A stretch of 61,775 nucleotides of DNA, the filler included, from Collodictyon triciliatum (lineage: Eukaryota), in assembly GCA_043381765.1 (NCBI GenBank). It is 13 parts of 13 records of this genome, joined end to end, with 100 filler letters (N's around TTAATTAATTAA, not from the genome) between each part and the next. Parts side by side here need not be neighbours in the genome. Positions count along the whole stretch, not along the records: positions 34,747 to 39,606 come from JBHJMP010005702.1; positions 39,707 to 44,561 come from JBHJMP010005703.1; positions 44,662 to 49,516 come from JBHJMP010005704.1; positions 49,617 to 54,466 come from JBHJMP010005705.1; 9 more parts are not named here. One strand, written 5' to 3'. A program made the translations under genes and the position numbers. Positions 38,362 to 49,789 of this stretch are shown in pieces. Position 1 is the first letter of the stretch; each line of letters begins with the position of its first letter. Under the pieces are notes generated by a model. It saw nothing but the letters and a program-made list of their open reading frames with translations. It ran no database searches and was not told the origin of the DNA.

Positions 38362-39706
38362 AAAGAAGCGATGAAAACAACAAACAAAAAAAAAACCTAC
38401 AGAAAAAAACAGAAAAAAACGAAAAAAACGGGAAAAAAACAAAAAAAAAGTGGGACGATGTTGAGGGTATAGAGTTCCTTATTTCTATCCTTGTCTGACT
38501 TTTTCTTGCAGTCAGTGACAAACAGGGGACTCGTTTCTTGAGCAGCTTCGAGTTTTGTCCTTCGCTACGTTTTTGCTTTGGGAGAGCAACTGCATAGCAC
38601 ATCCTGTTTTGCCTCTGACTCGAACAAGTCGTGTGACTGCACCTTTTCGTTGTAATGGGTGGTGGATTGATGCCGTCGACTGACTATTGTTTGTAAAATC
38701 CCTCGGCCCGGGGGTTTTCTTCCAATGAGTATTCAGTTTCGTACAGCACAGTCAAAAAAGAATAATAATAGTAATCACAGCCCTGAGCATCACAAAGGTA
38801 GCACACACACAAGGTTAATATGCACAGCTTTCTGTGCGACGAAAGAAGGGACAGCCCAGTTCGGCTGGACGGAGAAATCCGAACTCATTCCGATGAAATG
38901 CGATTCCCAAAGGGTTCTGAACCAAAGGAGTCGTGTGGAGAGAAGGCAAGAGAACCAGAGAAGGGAAGGGAAGGGAAGGGAAGGAGGCTGATGGAAGGGC
39001 TGCCTGGCGCCTTCGGAGGCCGACTCCGTTGGCCGCACGAGGGAGGCTTGGCGGTTGTTTTTGACAGTCTCTTCTTCATTCCCTCCACCTGCTGGGCTCT
39101 CTTGTCGATGTGGTGGTGATTTCTCCTCTGAACATGTCACTCTGTATCCTCTTGCATCAATAAACAAAACTCCACGGAAAACGCAGTCATGCCCGCCTGG
39201 CCGCACACGGAGGGCTTTGCCTGTCGCGCAGCACCAAGCGAAAACGCCACGGAGTCACAAGAGACAGAGCAGCAAAACCAGGAAGCAAAACAGATACAGT
39301 ATAATTTATTCCGTGCTTCATTCTCCTGGTGCGGGCTGTTGGGAAGATGCTGCCTCCCTTTGGTAGTGCGCCACAATGCACACCACATTTCCTGTGTCAG
39401 AAGAGCCTCACCTGGACTTTCGCTCGCCCGTTGCTGGGAAGTCTTTGGTCTTCTCGCTGCGAAACAGGCCAGAGTCGGCATTTTGGGAACCGAGTTGACA
39501 CGGTAACAGCCACCAAAAAAATAAAAAAGAATAAAAAAGAATAAAAAAGAATAAAAAAGAATAAAAAAGAATAAAAAAGAATAAAAAAGAATAAAAAAGA
39601 ATAAAANNNNNNNNNNNNNNNNNNNNNNNNNNNNNNNNNNNNNNNNNNNNTTAATTAATTAANNNNNNNNNNNNNNNNNNNNNNNNNNNNNNNNNNNNNN
39701 NNNNNN

Positions 39707-39800
<94 letters not shown>

Positions 39801-40603
39801 GTGGATCTGTGAGTTTTTTTAAAAGTAAATAACTATAATGCCGTCTGTAATTTATGACCCCTTCTTCTGTTCACTGGAAACAATACTGGGACAAAGATTG
39901 ATGCGACGTTGGAGGTCATCAGAAAACGAAACGAGATGATTATGCAAAAATGGTCATCATCTGTGGTAAACACACGCGCAAGTTCCCGCACAACTTCGTC
40001 GGGGTCCTTCTCACGCAAAGGAAGGCGCTAAGGACAGAGAGCGGACGAAAAGGTCGCTCAGGGTCAGAGCACACCGAGCCAAACATCGGCCTGGCTTTAG
40101 CTCTGCCCACTTCCCTGTTCCTCCTTGGATGGAGAGCCGCAATTTCTTCATTTCATCTTCATATTTACGCATTCGCGCACCAACTTACTTCATCTCCTAT
40201 TCGATCTCTCCAAATCTACTTTTTTTTTTTTCTTGGTCCATTATATCGATGCGCTGTCTCGCAAGAAGCGATTACTGTTGCTCATAATGCTTGTGTTTGC
40301 CAGCTAATCAATTGGGCTGTTTTGTCAATTCCATCCTTATATATTCGCATTAGCCAATTCAGCGATTTTCTTCTACTTGTCTTCCCTTTTTTTCTTTTCT
40401 TTTCTTTTTTTGATTTACTTTATTCTTTTTCTTAATTTATTGAAAAATTGATAAAATATTGAGCCCTTTTAAATCACTGACTGACTTTCGAATTGGTGCA
40501 ACTAACTCCCCTTTCGAATACGCCATCAAGTGATGTTCTCTTGCATGATGCATCCCGGCGCCATACATTTACTCGCTTGTGTGTTTTTGTTTTTGTTTTC
40601 GTT

Positions 40604-40635
<32 letters not shown>

Positions 40636-41189
40636 TTTGATCTTATTTTCATTTTATATTTTTTGGTCTTTAATTACATATCCTCCAAGTCGCCCATGGT
40701 GAGCCGCTGAGCCTTCGAGAAAGTCCCATCACTAGTGCAAAGGAGAAAGGAAAAGAAGATAAGAGCCAGAAGGGTTCCTGCTACCAGCTTAGAAATGGCA
40801 GTTTTAAAATGTAAATTTTAGATGAAAGGTTCCTTTTTTCTCTCTTTTTTTCTTTCTCTCTTTTTTTCTTTCTCTCTTTTTTTCTTTCTCTCTTTTTTTC
40901 TTTCTCTCTTTTTTTCTTTCTCTCTTTTTTTCTTTCTTTTTTTTTTTTCTTTTTTTTTTTTTCTCTCTTTTTTTCTTTCTCTCTTTTTTTCTTTCTCTCT
41001 TTTTTTCTTTCTCTCTTTTTTTCTTTCTCTCTTTTTTTCTTCCTCTCTTTTTTTCTTTCTCTCTTTTTTTCTTTCTCTCTTTTTTTCTTTCTCTCTTTTT
41101 TTCTTTCTCTCCTTTTTTCTCTCTTTTTTTCTTTCTCTCTTTTTTTCTTTCTCTCTTTTTTCTTTCTCTCTTTTTTCTTTCTCTCATTT

Positions 41190-44100
41190 GGCATTCGTAC
41201 CTCCTGTCAGAAGGCAGAGGCATGTGTCGCGATGAACTCGGGGACGCAAACCCAGCCTTTTGCCCGTGGAAACCCACTGCCTCAGAAGCCGCGCTGGCCT
41301 GTCCGTTCAAGGTCACATGATATGACGGATACGTAGTTGGTGGGGTTGTATCCGGCACTTGTGATTGGCCCAGTGTATGGACCTGCTGAGATGCAGGATT
41401 GTCGCATTAGAATGAATCGCGCTCTTCACAACCGGCAATATTCCTCTGCCTGTTTTCTTACTCCCCTACAACAACTACATCAAGTGCAGTGTCTAAAGGA
41501 TAAAAGACACATACATGTATATATAGAGCCAGAGGAAATAGAAACCTCGTCGCTGAATCTGGATGGCAGGCGCTGGCTGAAGGTGGCATTTTCGACCTCC
41601 AGTCGACGGGCTTCTTCTTTGGTCTAGTGGAGAAGTGGATCAGCCTAGTCGGTTATCTGTCCCATCAATCAGATGATTTATTTGGAGGGAAAACATTCGC
41701 CAGCTGCATATGAGGCAGAAAGCATTTCCATGTAAATACCTTATCCTCCATTTGTCTTGTCAGAGAGCGTATTTCAAAGCTAACTGAATCATATTCACGT
41801 CGGTATAAATTAAGCTGTTGTTGAATTTCATTTTGAATCGTTGTTTGCAAGTGTGATAATTCGTTGTTTAAAGTGCGTATTCGTTCTCGCATTTGGGTGA
41901 ACTGATGGTCAATCTCAACCATCCTGGTTCCCATGTAAGTCTCCATTTTGTCTATTATCCCTTCCACGGTCTCTTTCTGAGTCTGTTTTACACAGGAAGT
42001 ACGTGAATCAATTATCTTTTTATAGCCAGCAATACCTTCTTTTTCTTTTTCTTTTTCTTTTCTTTTATTTTCTTCTCTTTTCTTTTTTTTTCTTTTTTTT
42101 TTCATGTTTTTCATGTTTTTCATGTTTTTCATGTTTTTCATGTTTTTCATGTTTTTCATGTTTTTCATGTTTTTTAATAGAGAGGGGAAGTTAGAAATTG
42201 ATTGGGACGGTCACCTCTATCTGTTCATTAATCTTCTGTATCTCTGTTTTCATTCCTGCTTGCACAATTCGCAAAGATTCGCTTAGTCTTTCCTAATATA
42301 AGAAGGGGAAATTATTGAGACGCTTAGCTGGAGTACTTGATAGCATGACTGACTAAGATGTGTCCGCTACTGCCTTCACTCGATTCATGCATACCAAATC
42401 GTCTTGGGATGCAGAGAAACGCACATGATATTGTTGCTGTTGGGTCCTTCTTTCTGTTTCTGGGTACAGTTACATCAAACAATGTGAAATAGTAGAGTGA
42501 GGCAGATAAGTTTAAAAAAGTATGTACCTGATGACAACAATGAGCGGGCCATACTTGTCACTCGGTCTTCAATCTTTTATGATAATTAAGACATTAGAGA
42601 AAATAATATTCACATGAGCACCTTAAATATAAAGTAAATATTTTCATATAAAACGATCTTGTAAATTCCTTATGCGCTGGAGAAAAAAAAAACTACTGCA
42701 AGTGTAACCGAGAATAATTTTTCATTTTCATTTTCATTTTCATTTTCATTTTCATTTTCATTTTCATTTTCATTTTCATTTTCATTTTCATTTTCATTTT
42801 CATTTTCATTTTCATTTTTAAAGTGGCGATAAGGTAAAATATTTAACAAATAGGTGCTTTATTTATGTGAGGAAAAGAAATACCTCTCTTGATTTGACCT
42901 CTATTGTTTCCTCAAGTTTATTTTCTATCGAATTCATGGCATGTTCCAAAGCTTTGTAAGGGAAATCCTCTACTTGCTGCAGTGTTATGTATAATTAAGC
43001 AACAATAACAAAAAAACAAAAAAAAAGTACAAACGCGTGATAAAAAAATCTTGCATTTACTTCCTTCATGTAGAAAATATTCAACGAGAATATCTGACAT
43101 CTAGTCAATTGTCTTCTATAGCTTGTCGCATCATATTTGAAGCGTAGTAAATTATGGTTATGAATTTTAAGTCAAATAAGACTGTCATAACAATACCGTA
43201 ATTTTGTTGCGTGTCTGTTCATGAACCGTGTTGAGTTTTTGTTCCAGCTTTCCAATCTCTTGCGCCTCACTTTGCAAGACAAGCAACTGAAATGAAAAGA
43301 ACGAATCAATAACCCAGATCCGTTTAAATACAGAGTTAAAATGAGAAATAAAAAGTAATAAAGTATACACTTTGATAAAACATTTATTGTACCTTTACAT
43401 CTTTGTTTTTAGATGTATTTCATTGCAAAATATCAAAAATTAATCATGGCATACAACTTGAGATCTCACTTGCTTGTCCATTCTATTGTTGACTCTAGTC
43501 TCAACTTCTGCCGTTTTTTCTTTGATTAATTCTTGTATTCTCTTTGAGAATGAACCAATGGTTTTTTCTGTTTGCTGTCGAGATATTTCTTCTGCGTGTG
43601 AAATGCGCTTAGCTATTGCCTAATAATAATATTAATAATAAGAAGAACAAGAAGAAGAAGAAGAAGAAGGAATAAAATAGAAAAAGGAAAAGAACTTTGA
43701 TTACGAAATGAAATTGATATGCTAATGTAAAATAAAATGGTTCATTTAGGTTATTAGATTCATTTTTGCTGTGTATATATTCAATTTATGGCATGTTTTC
43801 AATAAACAGATATGCATGCACAAAATTGAAAGGAAGAATAAAAAAAAATAAAAATAAACAGATATGCAAAGGTGCACAGCAGTCATATAAACAAGTAAAT
43901 CGGTGAATAAACATATTTCATAAATATGCCTCGTCCAAAATGTTAATCCGTTTTTCCATGAGTTTAAAGTCCGAGCCTTTGGAGGTATCTGCATTCTATT
44001 TAAAATTTCATTGAAAATACTACCTATAGTTCTAGTATCTATAATCGTAAATGGCATATAATAAGTCAGAATAATGTTTCAGTTATGTTGTTCTTTACAA

Positions 44101-44385
44101 TGAGCCCTCTTTGTGTTTCTTCCATTTGCTCCAACTTTCCCTTCACTTTACGCAGAATGGTGACAGACTGCTGTTCCTGTTCTGATTTCAACTCGCTTAT
44201 TCTTTTTTGGAAGGAGTCTTCTAATCTTTTAATCTCATTTTGGACATATGTATGTACATTTCGTTCCATACTCGCCAAAACCTCTTCCAATTTTTTATTA
44301 TTCTGCTGCAATACTATTACAAGTCCGCATTTAAATATATCGCTGAGTAATGGATATAGATTCTTTCTGAAAGTCACACATTTGC
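41190..44385 (-). CDS. Multi-exon coiled-coil protein of unknown family (both ends uncertain)
   Basis: E/K/Q-rich heptad exons at ~44300-44095, ~43620-43470, ~43285-43200 and ~42020-41740, bounded by AG/GT. Confidence 0.5.
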
Positions 44386-46402
44386 TCGGTTAGAATGAAA
44401 TGTATTTTTCCTTTCTTTTTTCTTTTTTCTTTTTCTTTTTTCTTTTTTCTTTTTTCTTTTTTTTCTTTTTCTTTTTTCTTTTTTCTTTTTTCTTTTTTCT
44501 TTTTTCTTTTTTCTTTTTTCTTTTTTCTTTTTTCTTTTTTCTTTTTTCTTTTTTCTTTTTTNNNNNNNNNNNNNNNNNNNNNNNNNNNNNNNNNNNNNNN
44601 NNNNNTTAATTAATTAANNNNNNNNNNNNNNNNNNNNNNNNNNNNNNNNNNNNNNNNNNNNTCTTTTTCTTTTTCTTTTTCTTTTTCTTTTTCTTTTTCT
44701 TTTTCTTTTTCTTTTTCTTTTTCTTTTTCTTTTTCTTTTTCTTTTTCTTTTTTTCTTTTTTTTTCCTCTTGCTATACCATTTAGTTGTCAAAAAAATATT
44801 GCATCCCTCGATATTTTTTATGAAACTTAATAAATCCAAAAAGAAAAACCTTTACAAATTTCTTTACATTAGCTATATTATCCACTTTGTTGAGACTTAG
44901 AAAATCAGGATGAAAAACATTAAAAATCATTCACTGTGTTCAAGAGAAATATTTTTCTTTTGGTATCAGTTTGCCACTCAATTGATATTGATAGACCTGT
45001 TGATTAAAGAAAAATGTCTAGTGCTTTTCTATGGATGTATCAATCTAGCAAAAATTATATTTCTTCATCCACCATCGATAGTCGTCAGCCAACACAGCCG
45101 TGCGAATGTCTGCTTTATGTCGGAAATATGCTCTAGTCAGTAAAATATGTTTGTTGGAATGCCTTTATATAAGCGCGTTTATTTGGTTAATTAATTTATA
45201 CATACCTGGATGACGCTGGGGTGACGCTTTATCGAGTCATTTGTCTGATGATTGAAAGATGACACAGTGCTTGCTTCTCGCGTCTTCTCGTTCTTAAGAG
45301 ATGACATCACACATAGTCACAAACACCCGCGCTGTGATGCCAAATAAAATTTTTATATTTGGAATATAATTACTCATTACATTAAATTGATAAATTTGTG
45401 AAGTAAACTAAATTTATATACATTATACATAGAAACTATTACATACATACTGAATGAAAAAAATATTTGTTTGAATTTCAAAGACCACAGAACCGCAAGC
45501 ACACATTTTTCCATGGAATCCCGCTGTGAGCACTGCACCTACTAGTTCCACGCAAGAGACTGTGCAAATATGGGGAAATTTTCGTAGAAGCCGTGGTCAA
45601 CATGCGTAACATTGTATCCGTTTGGAGACCACATAGGCGGATTATAAAAAAATTAGTCATAGCCTGGGATATAGCACGTACATTGTACATTTGGGCCTTG
45701 CTGTTTTAAACTAGTGGTAGCGCCTGAGGAGAGAGATCCCAAGTCTTACCATCGACAAGGCCTGATCATCCGATTCCGCCAGAGGAGAGCCGAGAACCAA
45801 GACAAAAAAAACAAAAACAAAAAACAACCAAAAAACACAAACACAACCCAAACAATACAAGAATGGCTGAAAGAAGCCGCAGCTTGGCTCCAACTATTCT
45901 TACCTAGCCAAACATGCAACCTTCGAGCCTCCACAAGGTTGCGGAGAGAAGCCTGCCCCAGCGATCGCAATGGGTGGGGGGCTACAGCAAAGCAGCGTTA
46001 GTCTTGCTGGTAGTTTTTCTGGCAAGACTTCACTGTCGTCCTCTTGGAGAATTTTGCTGAGCCCTTCGTGCGAAGGTGGTTCCAACGTACGGTTGCCACA
46101 ACTGTCTGAATACTCAGGCCCCGGGAACAGAGCGTCCCGTGGTAGTCTGTGTTCAAGGAAAAATAAAGGGGATCGGCCCTGCCTTGCAGCGTGGTATTAT
46201 CATGGAGGGACGAGCAACCTGGAAAGAGAGTCGATTCCGAAGAGGGGGCTGTGCACTCGTGCTTGTCCCGTGCCACCCCTTCTCACAGCACAGTTCCTCT
46301 GTCACTTTCTTCTCTGTTGAATGTCTTGCCTTGTCTTTCTGACCTTCTCTCCAAAATCTTGTTGCCAACGCGCAGACCCAGAATCATCTTTTGACGTCCA
46401 GC

Positions 46403-46919
46403 ATGTCGAGCAGCGACAGAGTGAACAAGTTCCTTTCCGACCTGGCTGCAGGCGGTATTGCCGGCGGTATTTCCAAGACCATTGTCGCCCCCATCGAGCG
46501 TGTCAAGATCCTGTTGCAGGTGCAGAAGTCCAACAAGCAGATCCTGCCTGAGCACCGCTACAAGGGTATTGTCGATGCCTTCGTCCGCGTCCCCCGCGAG
46601 CAGGGCTTCATGTCCTTCTGGTGTGTATGCTCCTCCCCTCTCTCAGTGCTTTCTGCCTTTTTTTTTCTGAACATATTTGCTCAGACCGTGGCTGGCTGGG
46701 TTATGTGACTTTTCCCGCTCTGGCCCACTCCACCTTCCTGTACTGTGACAGGCAGATTGAGTTCACCCCGCAACATACGATGATTGTTGGCACCTTTTTT
46801 CTGGCCCATTATGTATTATGCCTCACATATGAACACACTTTCAAGAAAAAACACACAACGTCACCATTTGCAAGACACATACTAACGTATTGAACTCCCT
46901 TCTTTTCCCAACCTTTCTC

Positions 46920-46952
<33 letters not shown>

Positions 46953-47677
46953 CGTACCACCCCATGAACAGGCGTGGAAACACGGCGAACGTGATCCGGT
47001 ACTTCCCGACGCAGGCGCTCAACTTTGCGTTCAAGGACACGTACAAGAAGTGGTTTGTGGCGCCGTTCAACCCCAAGACGGAGTTCTGGTGGTTCTTTGC
47101 CGGCAACCTGGCGAGCGGAGGGGCAGCGGGAGCGACGTCGCTGCTGTTTGTGTACCCGCTGGACTTTGCGCGCACACGGCTTGCGGCGGACGTGGGCAAG
47201 GACGGGCAGCGGCAGTTCAAGTCGCTGAGCCACTGCATCTCGTCGATCCACAAGTCGGACGGGTTCCTGGGGCTGTACCAGGGCTTCGGGGTGTCGATTG
47301 TGGGGATCATTGTGTACCGCGCGGCGTTCTTTGGCGGGTACGACACGGCCAAGAGCGTCTTCCTGGGCGACTCCAAGAAGGCGGCGTGGTGGCAGAACTG
47401 GATGGTTGCGCAGGTCGTCACCACGATTGCCGGCGTCGTCTCGTACCCCTTCGACACGGTGCGCCGCCGCATGATGATGCAGTCCGGCTCCGGCGAGCTG
47501 ATGTACAAGTCCACCATGGACTGCTGGGTCAAGATCGCAAAGACCGAGGGCGTCCCCGCCTTCTTCAACGGCGCCCTCTCCAACGCCATCCGCGGCTCCG
47601 GCGGCGCCATCGTCCTGGTCCTCTACGACGAGATCCAGAAGTACCTCGGCTTCGAGGGCGGCGTCGGCTCCGAGTAA
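46403..47677 (+). CDS. Mitochondrial ADP/ATP carrier (SLC25 ANT/AAC)
   Basis: Exons 46403-46620 and 46972-47677; [44 protein letters not shown] and the signature RRRMMM. Confidence 0.96.
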
Positions 47678-47861
47678 CCGCGCACACCCTGTAAGACTGC
47701 GGCGCCGGCCCTGCGCGTGCGGCCTGATAAAGCCAAGCCGATCCACCAGCCAAGGACGAGATGCGGGAGCGGAGGGGGGGGTGCGCGGGGGACGCCGTCG
47801 CGGCGGTGCGGTGTGTTTATGCACGCGCGTCTATGTGCGGGGGGCGGAGGGGCGGGGCTGC

Positions 47862-49287
47862 TCAGTCCTGCTGCAGGCGCACGTAGCAGACGGTCGCAGC
47901 ACCGTCGTCGTCGTCGTCGCTGTCGTCGTCTGCAGGCACTCGGTGGTCCCTCCGCGTCGCTGTGGCTGCGGCTGTGGCTGTGGCTGCCGGGGGGCGGGGC
48001 AGGGCGAGGGCAAAGGCGGCGAGGATGAGGGCGACGCCGAGGAGGTAGCGGGGCGGGAAGGCGCGGGCGCGCAGCAGGGCGTCGGTGAGGAGGGCGAGGG
48101 GCACGGTCAGGGCGCTGACGAGGTTTGCGGTGAGGGGCGAGGTCCACAGGACGCCGAGGGCGTAGAGGGCGTTGGACAGCAGGGCGGCGAGCAGGGCGTT
48201 GAGCAGCAGCAGCCCCCACAGCGGCGGCGGGTGCGGCCAGGCAAAGCGCTCCCACGCGGCCCAGTGCAGCAGCGGCAGCAGCGGCCACGCCAGCGCCACG
48301 CACGCCAGCCCCACCAGCCCAAAGTACTCTGCGCACCGGAAGTCCGCCTCCTGCGCAGGCGCAAGCGCAAGCGCGTCGTGCAGCCGCCGGAAGAGCGTCA
48401 GGTAGAGCGCAAACAGCACAGACCCCGCCAGCGCAAGCGCGTCTCCGGCCAGCGCATCCCCGCCAAAGAGCCCCGCCCCCGCCCCCGCCTCCGCCTCTGA
48501 ATCTGCCNNNNNNNNNNNNNNNNNNNNNNNNNNNNNNNNNNNNNNNNNNNNNNNNNNNNNNNNNNNNNNNNNNNNNNNNNNNNNNNNNNNNNNNNNNNNN
48601 NNNNNNNNNNNNNNNNNNNNNNNNNNNNNNNNNNNNNNNNNNNNNNNNNNNNNNNNNNNNNNNNNNNNNNNNNNNNNNNNNNNNNNNNNNNNNNNNNNNN
48701 NNNNNNNNNNNNNNNNNNNNNNNNNNNNNNNNNNNNNNNNNNNNNNNNNNNNNNNNNNNNNNNNNNNNNNNNNNNNNNNNNNNNNNNNNNNNNNNNNNNN
48801 NNNNNNNNNNNNNNNNNNNNNNNNNNNNNNNNNNNNNNNNNNNNNNNNNNNNNNNNNNNNNNNNNNNNNNNNNNNNNNNNNNNNNNNNNNNNNNNNNNNN
48901 NNNNNNNNNNNNNNNNNNNNNNNNNNNNNNNNNNNNNNNNNNNNNNNNNNNNNNNNNNNNNNNNNNNNNNNNNNNNNNNNNNNNNNNNNNNNGCTGTGGC
49001 TGTGGCCGTATCTGTGGCTGTATCTGTGGCGGGTGGCCAACCACGCAGGCACGAGCGCGCAGGCGGGCAGCGTAGAGCTGCGCAGCAGGGCGCACAAGCA
49101 GGACGGCCATGACGGCGGCGTTGAAGTAGGTGAGGAAGAGCGGCTTGTAGTAGTCCACGTCCCGGAAGACGTACTGCGTGAACTGCGCCGACGCAACGAC
49201 AACCACCACGTTCAGCAGCAGCACAAACACCCCTGCCGCGTGCCTCGTCCGGCGGTATTCACCCCACCACACCCGCACTCTGTCCAT
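47862..49287 (-). CDS. SLC35F-like (EamA/DMT) transporter with an internal assembly gap (48508-48992)
   Basis: VASAQFTQYVF..YYKPLFLTYFN; GDALALAGSVLFALYLTL; LSNALYALGVLWTSPLTANLVSALTVPLALLTD. Confidence 0.85.
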
Positions 49288-49789
49288 CCCCTTCGTCGCT
49301 CTTCTTCTTCTTCTTCTTCGGTTTCTGGCCTTCCTTCCACACCGGCCACTCCTTCGTGGGAAGCCCTTCCGTTCAGTCCTGAATTTAAAACTACCAATAC
49401 ACACCAGCGGCAACAGACACTCTCACTGTCCGAGTGTAAGAGACAACAGTTGGAAAAAGAGAAAAAAGAGAAAAAAAGAGAAAAAAAGAGAAAAAAAGAG
49501 AAAAAAAGAGAAAAAANNNNNNNNNNNNNNNNNNNNNNNNNNNNNNNNNNNNNNNNNNNNTTAATTAATTAANNNNNNNNNNNNNNNNNNNNNNNNNNNN
49601 NNNNNNNNNNNNNNNNTTCTTTTCTTTTCTTTTCTTTTCTTTTCTTTTCTTTTCTTTTCTTTTCTTTTCTTTTCTTTTCTTTTCTTTTCTTTTCTTTTCT
49701 TTTCTTTTCTTTTGCACTGTCATATCGCCCCTTTCTCTCCTTCATCGAAACCACCTCGTTAATGTGAGTTCTTTTCATAAGGTTAAGCG

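Noticed and set aside
40693-40735. GAGAAAGTCCC resembling an RNase MRP/P conserved region
   Set aside because: No matching 3' conserved region or pairing partner is visible, and the opposite strand reads as a plausible exon.
40781-41235. K/E/R-rich and F/S/L-rich ORFs (also near 14245, 33586, 44395, 53336, 59195)
   Set aside because: Artefacts of purine/pyrimidine simple repeats in introns or at contig ends.
46882-47824. Long antisense and alternative-frame ORFs over the ADP/ATP carrier (and over UPRT)
   Set aside because: Expected shadow ORFs of GC-rich coding sequence.
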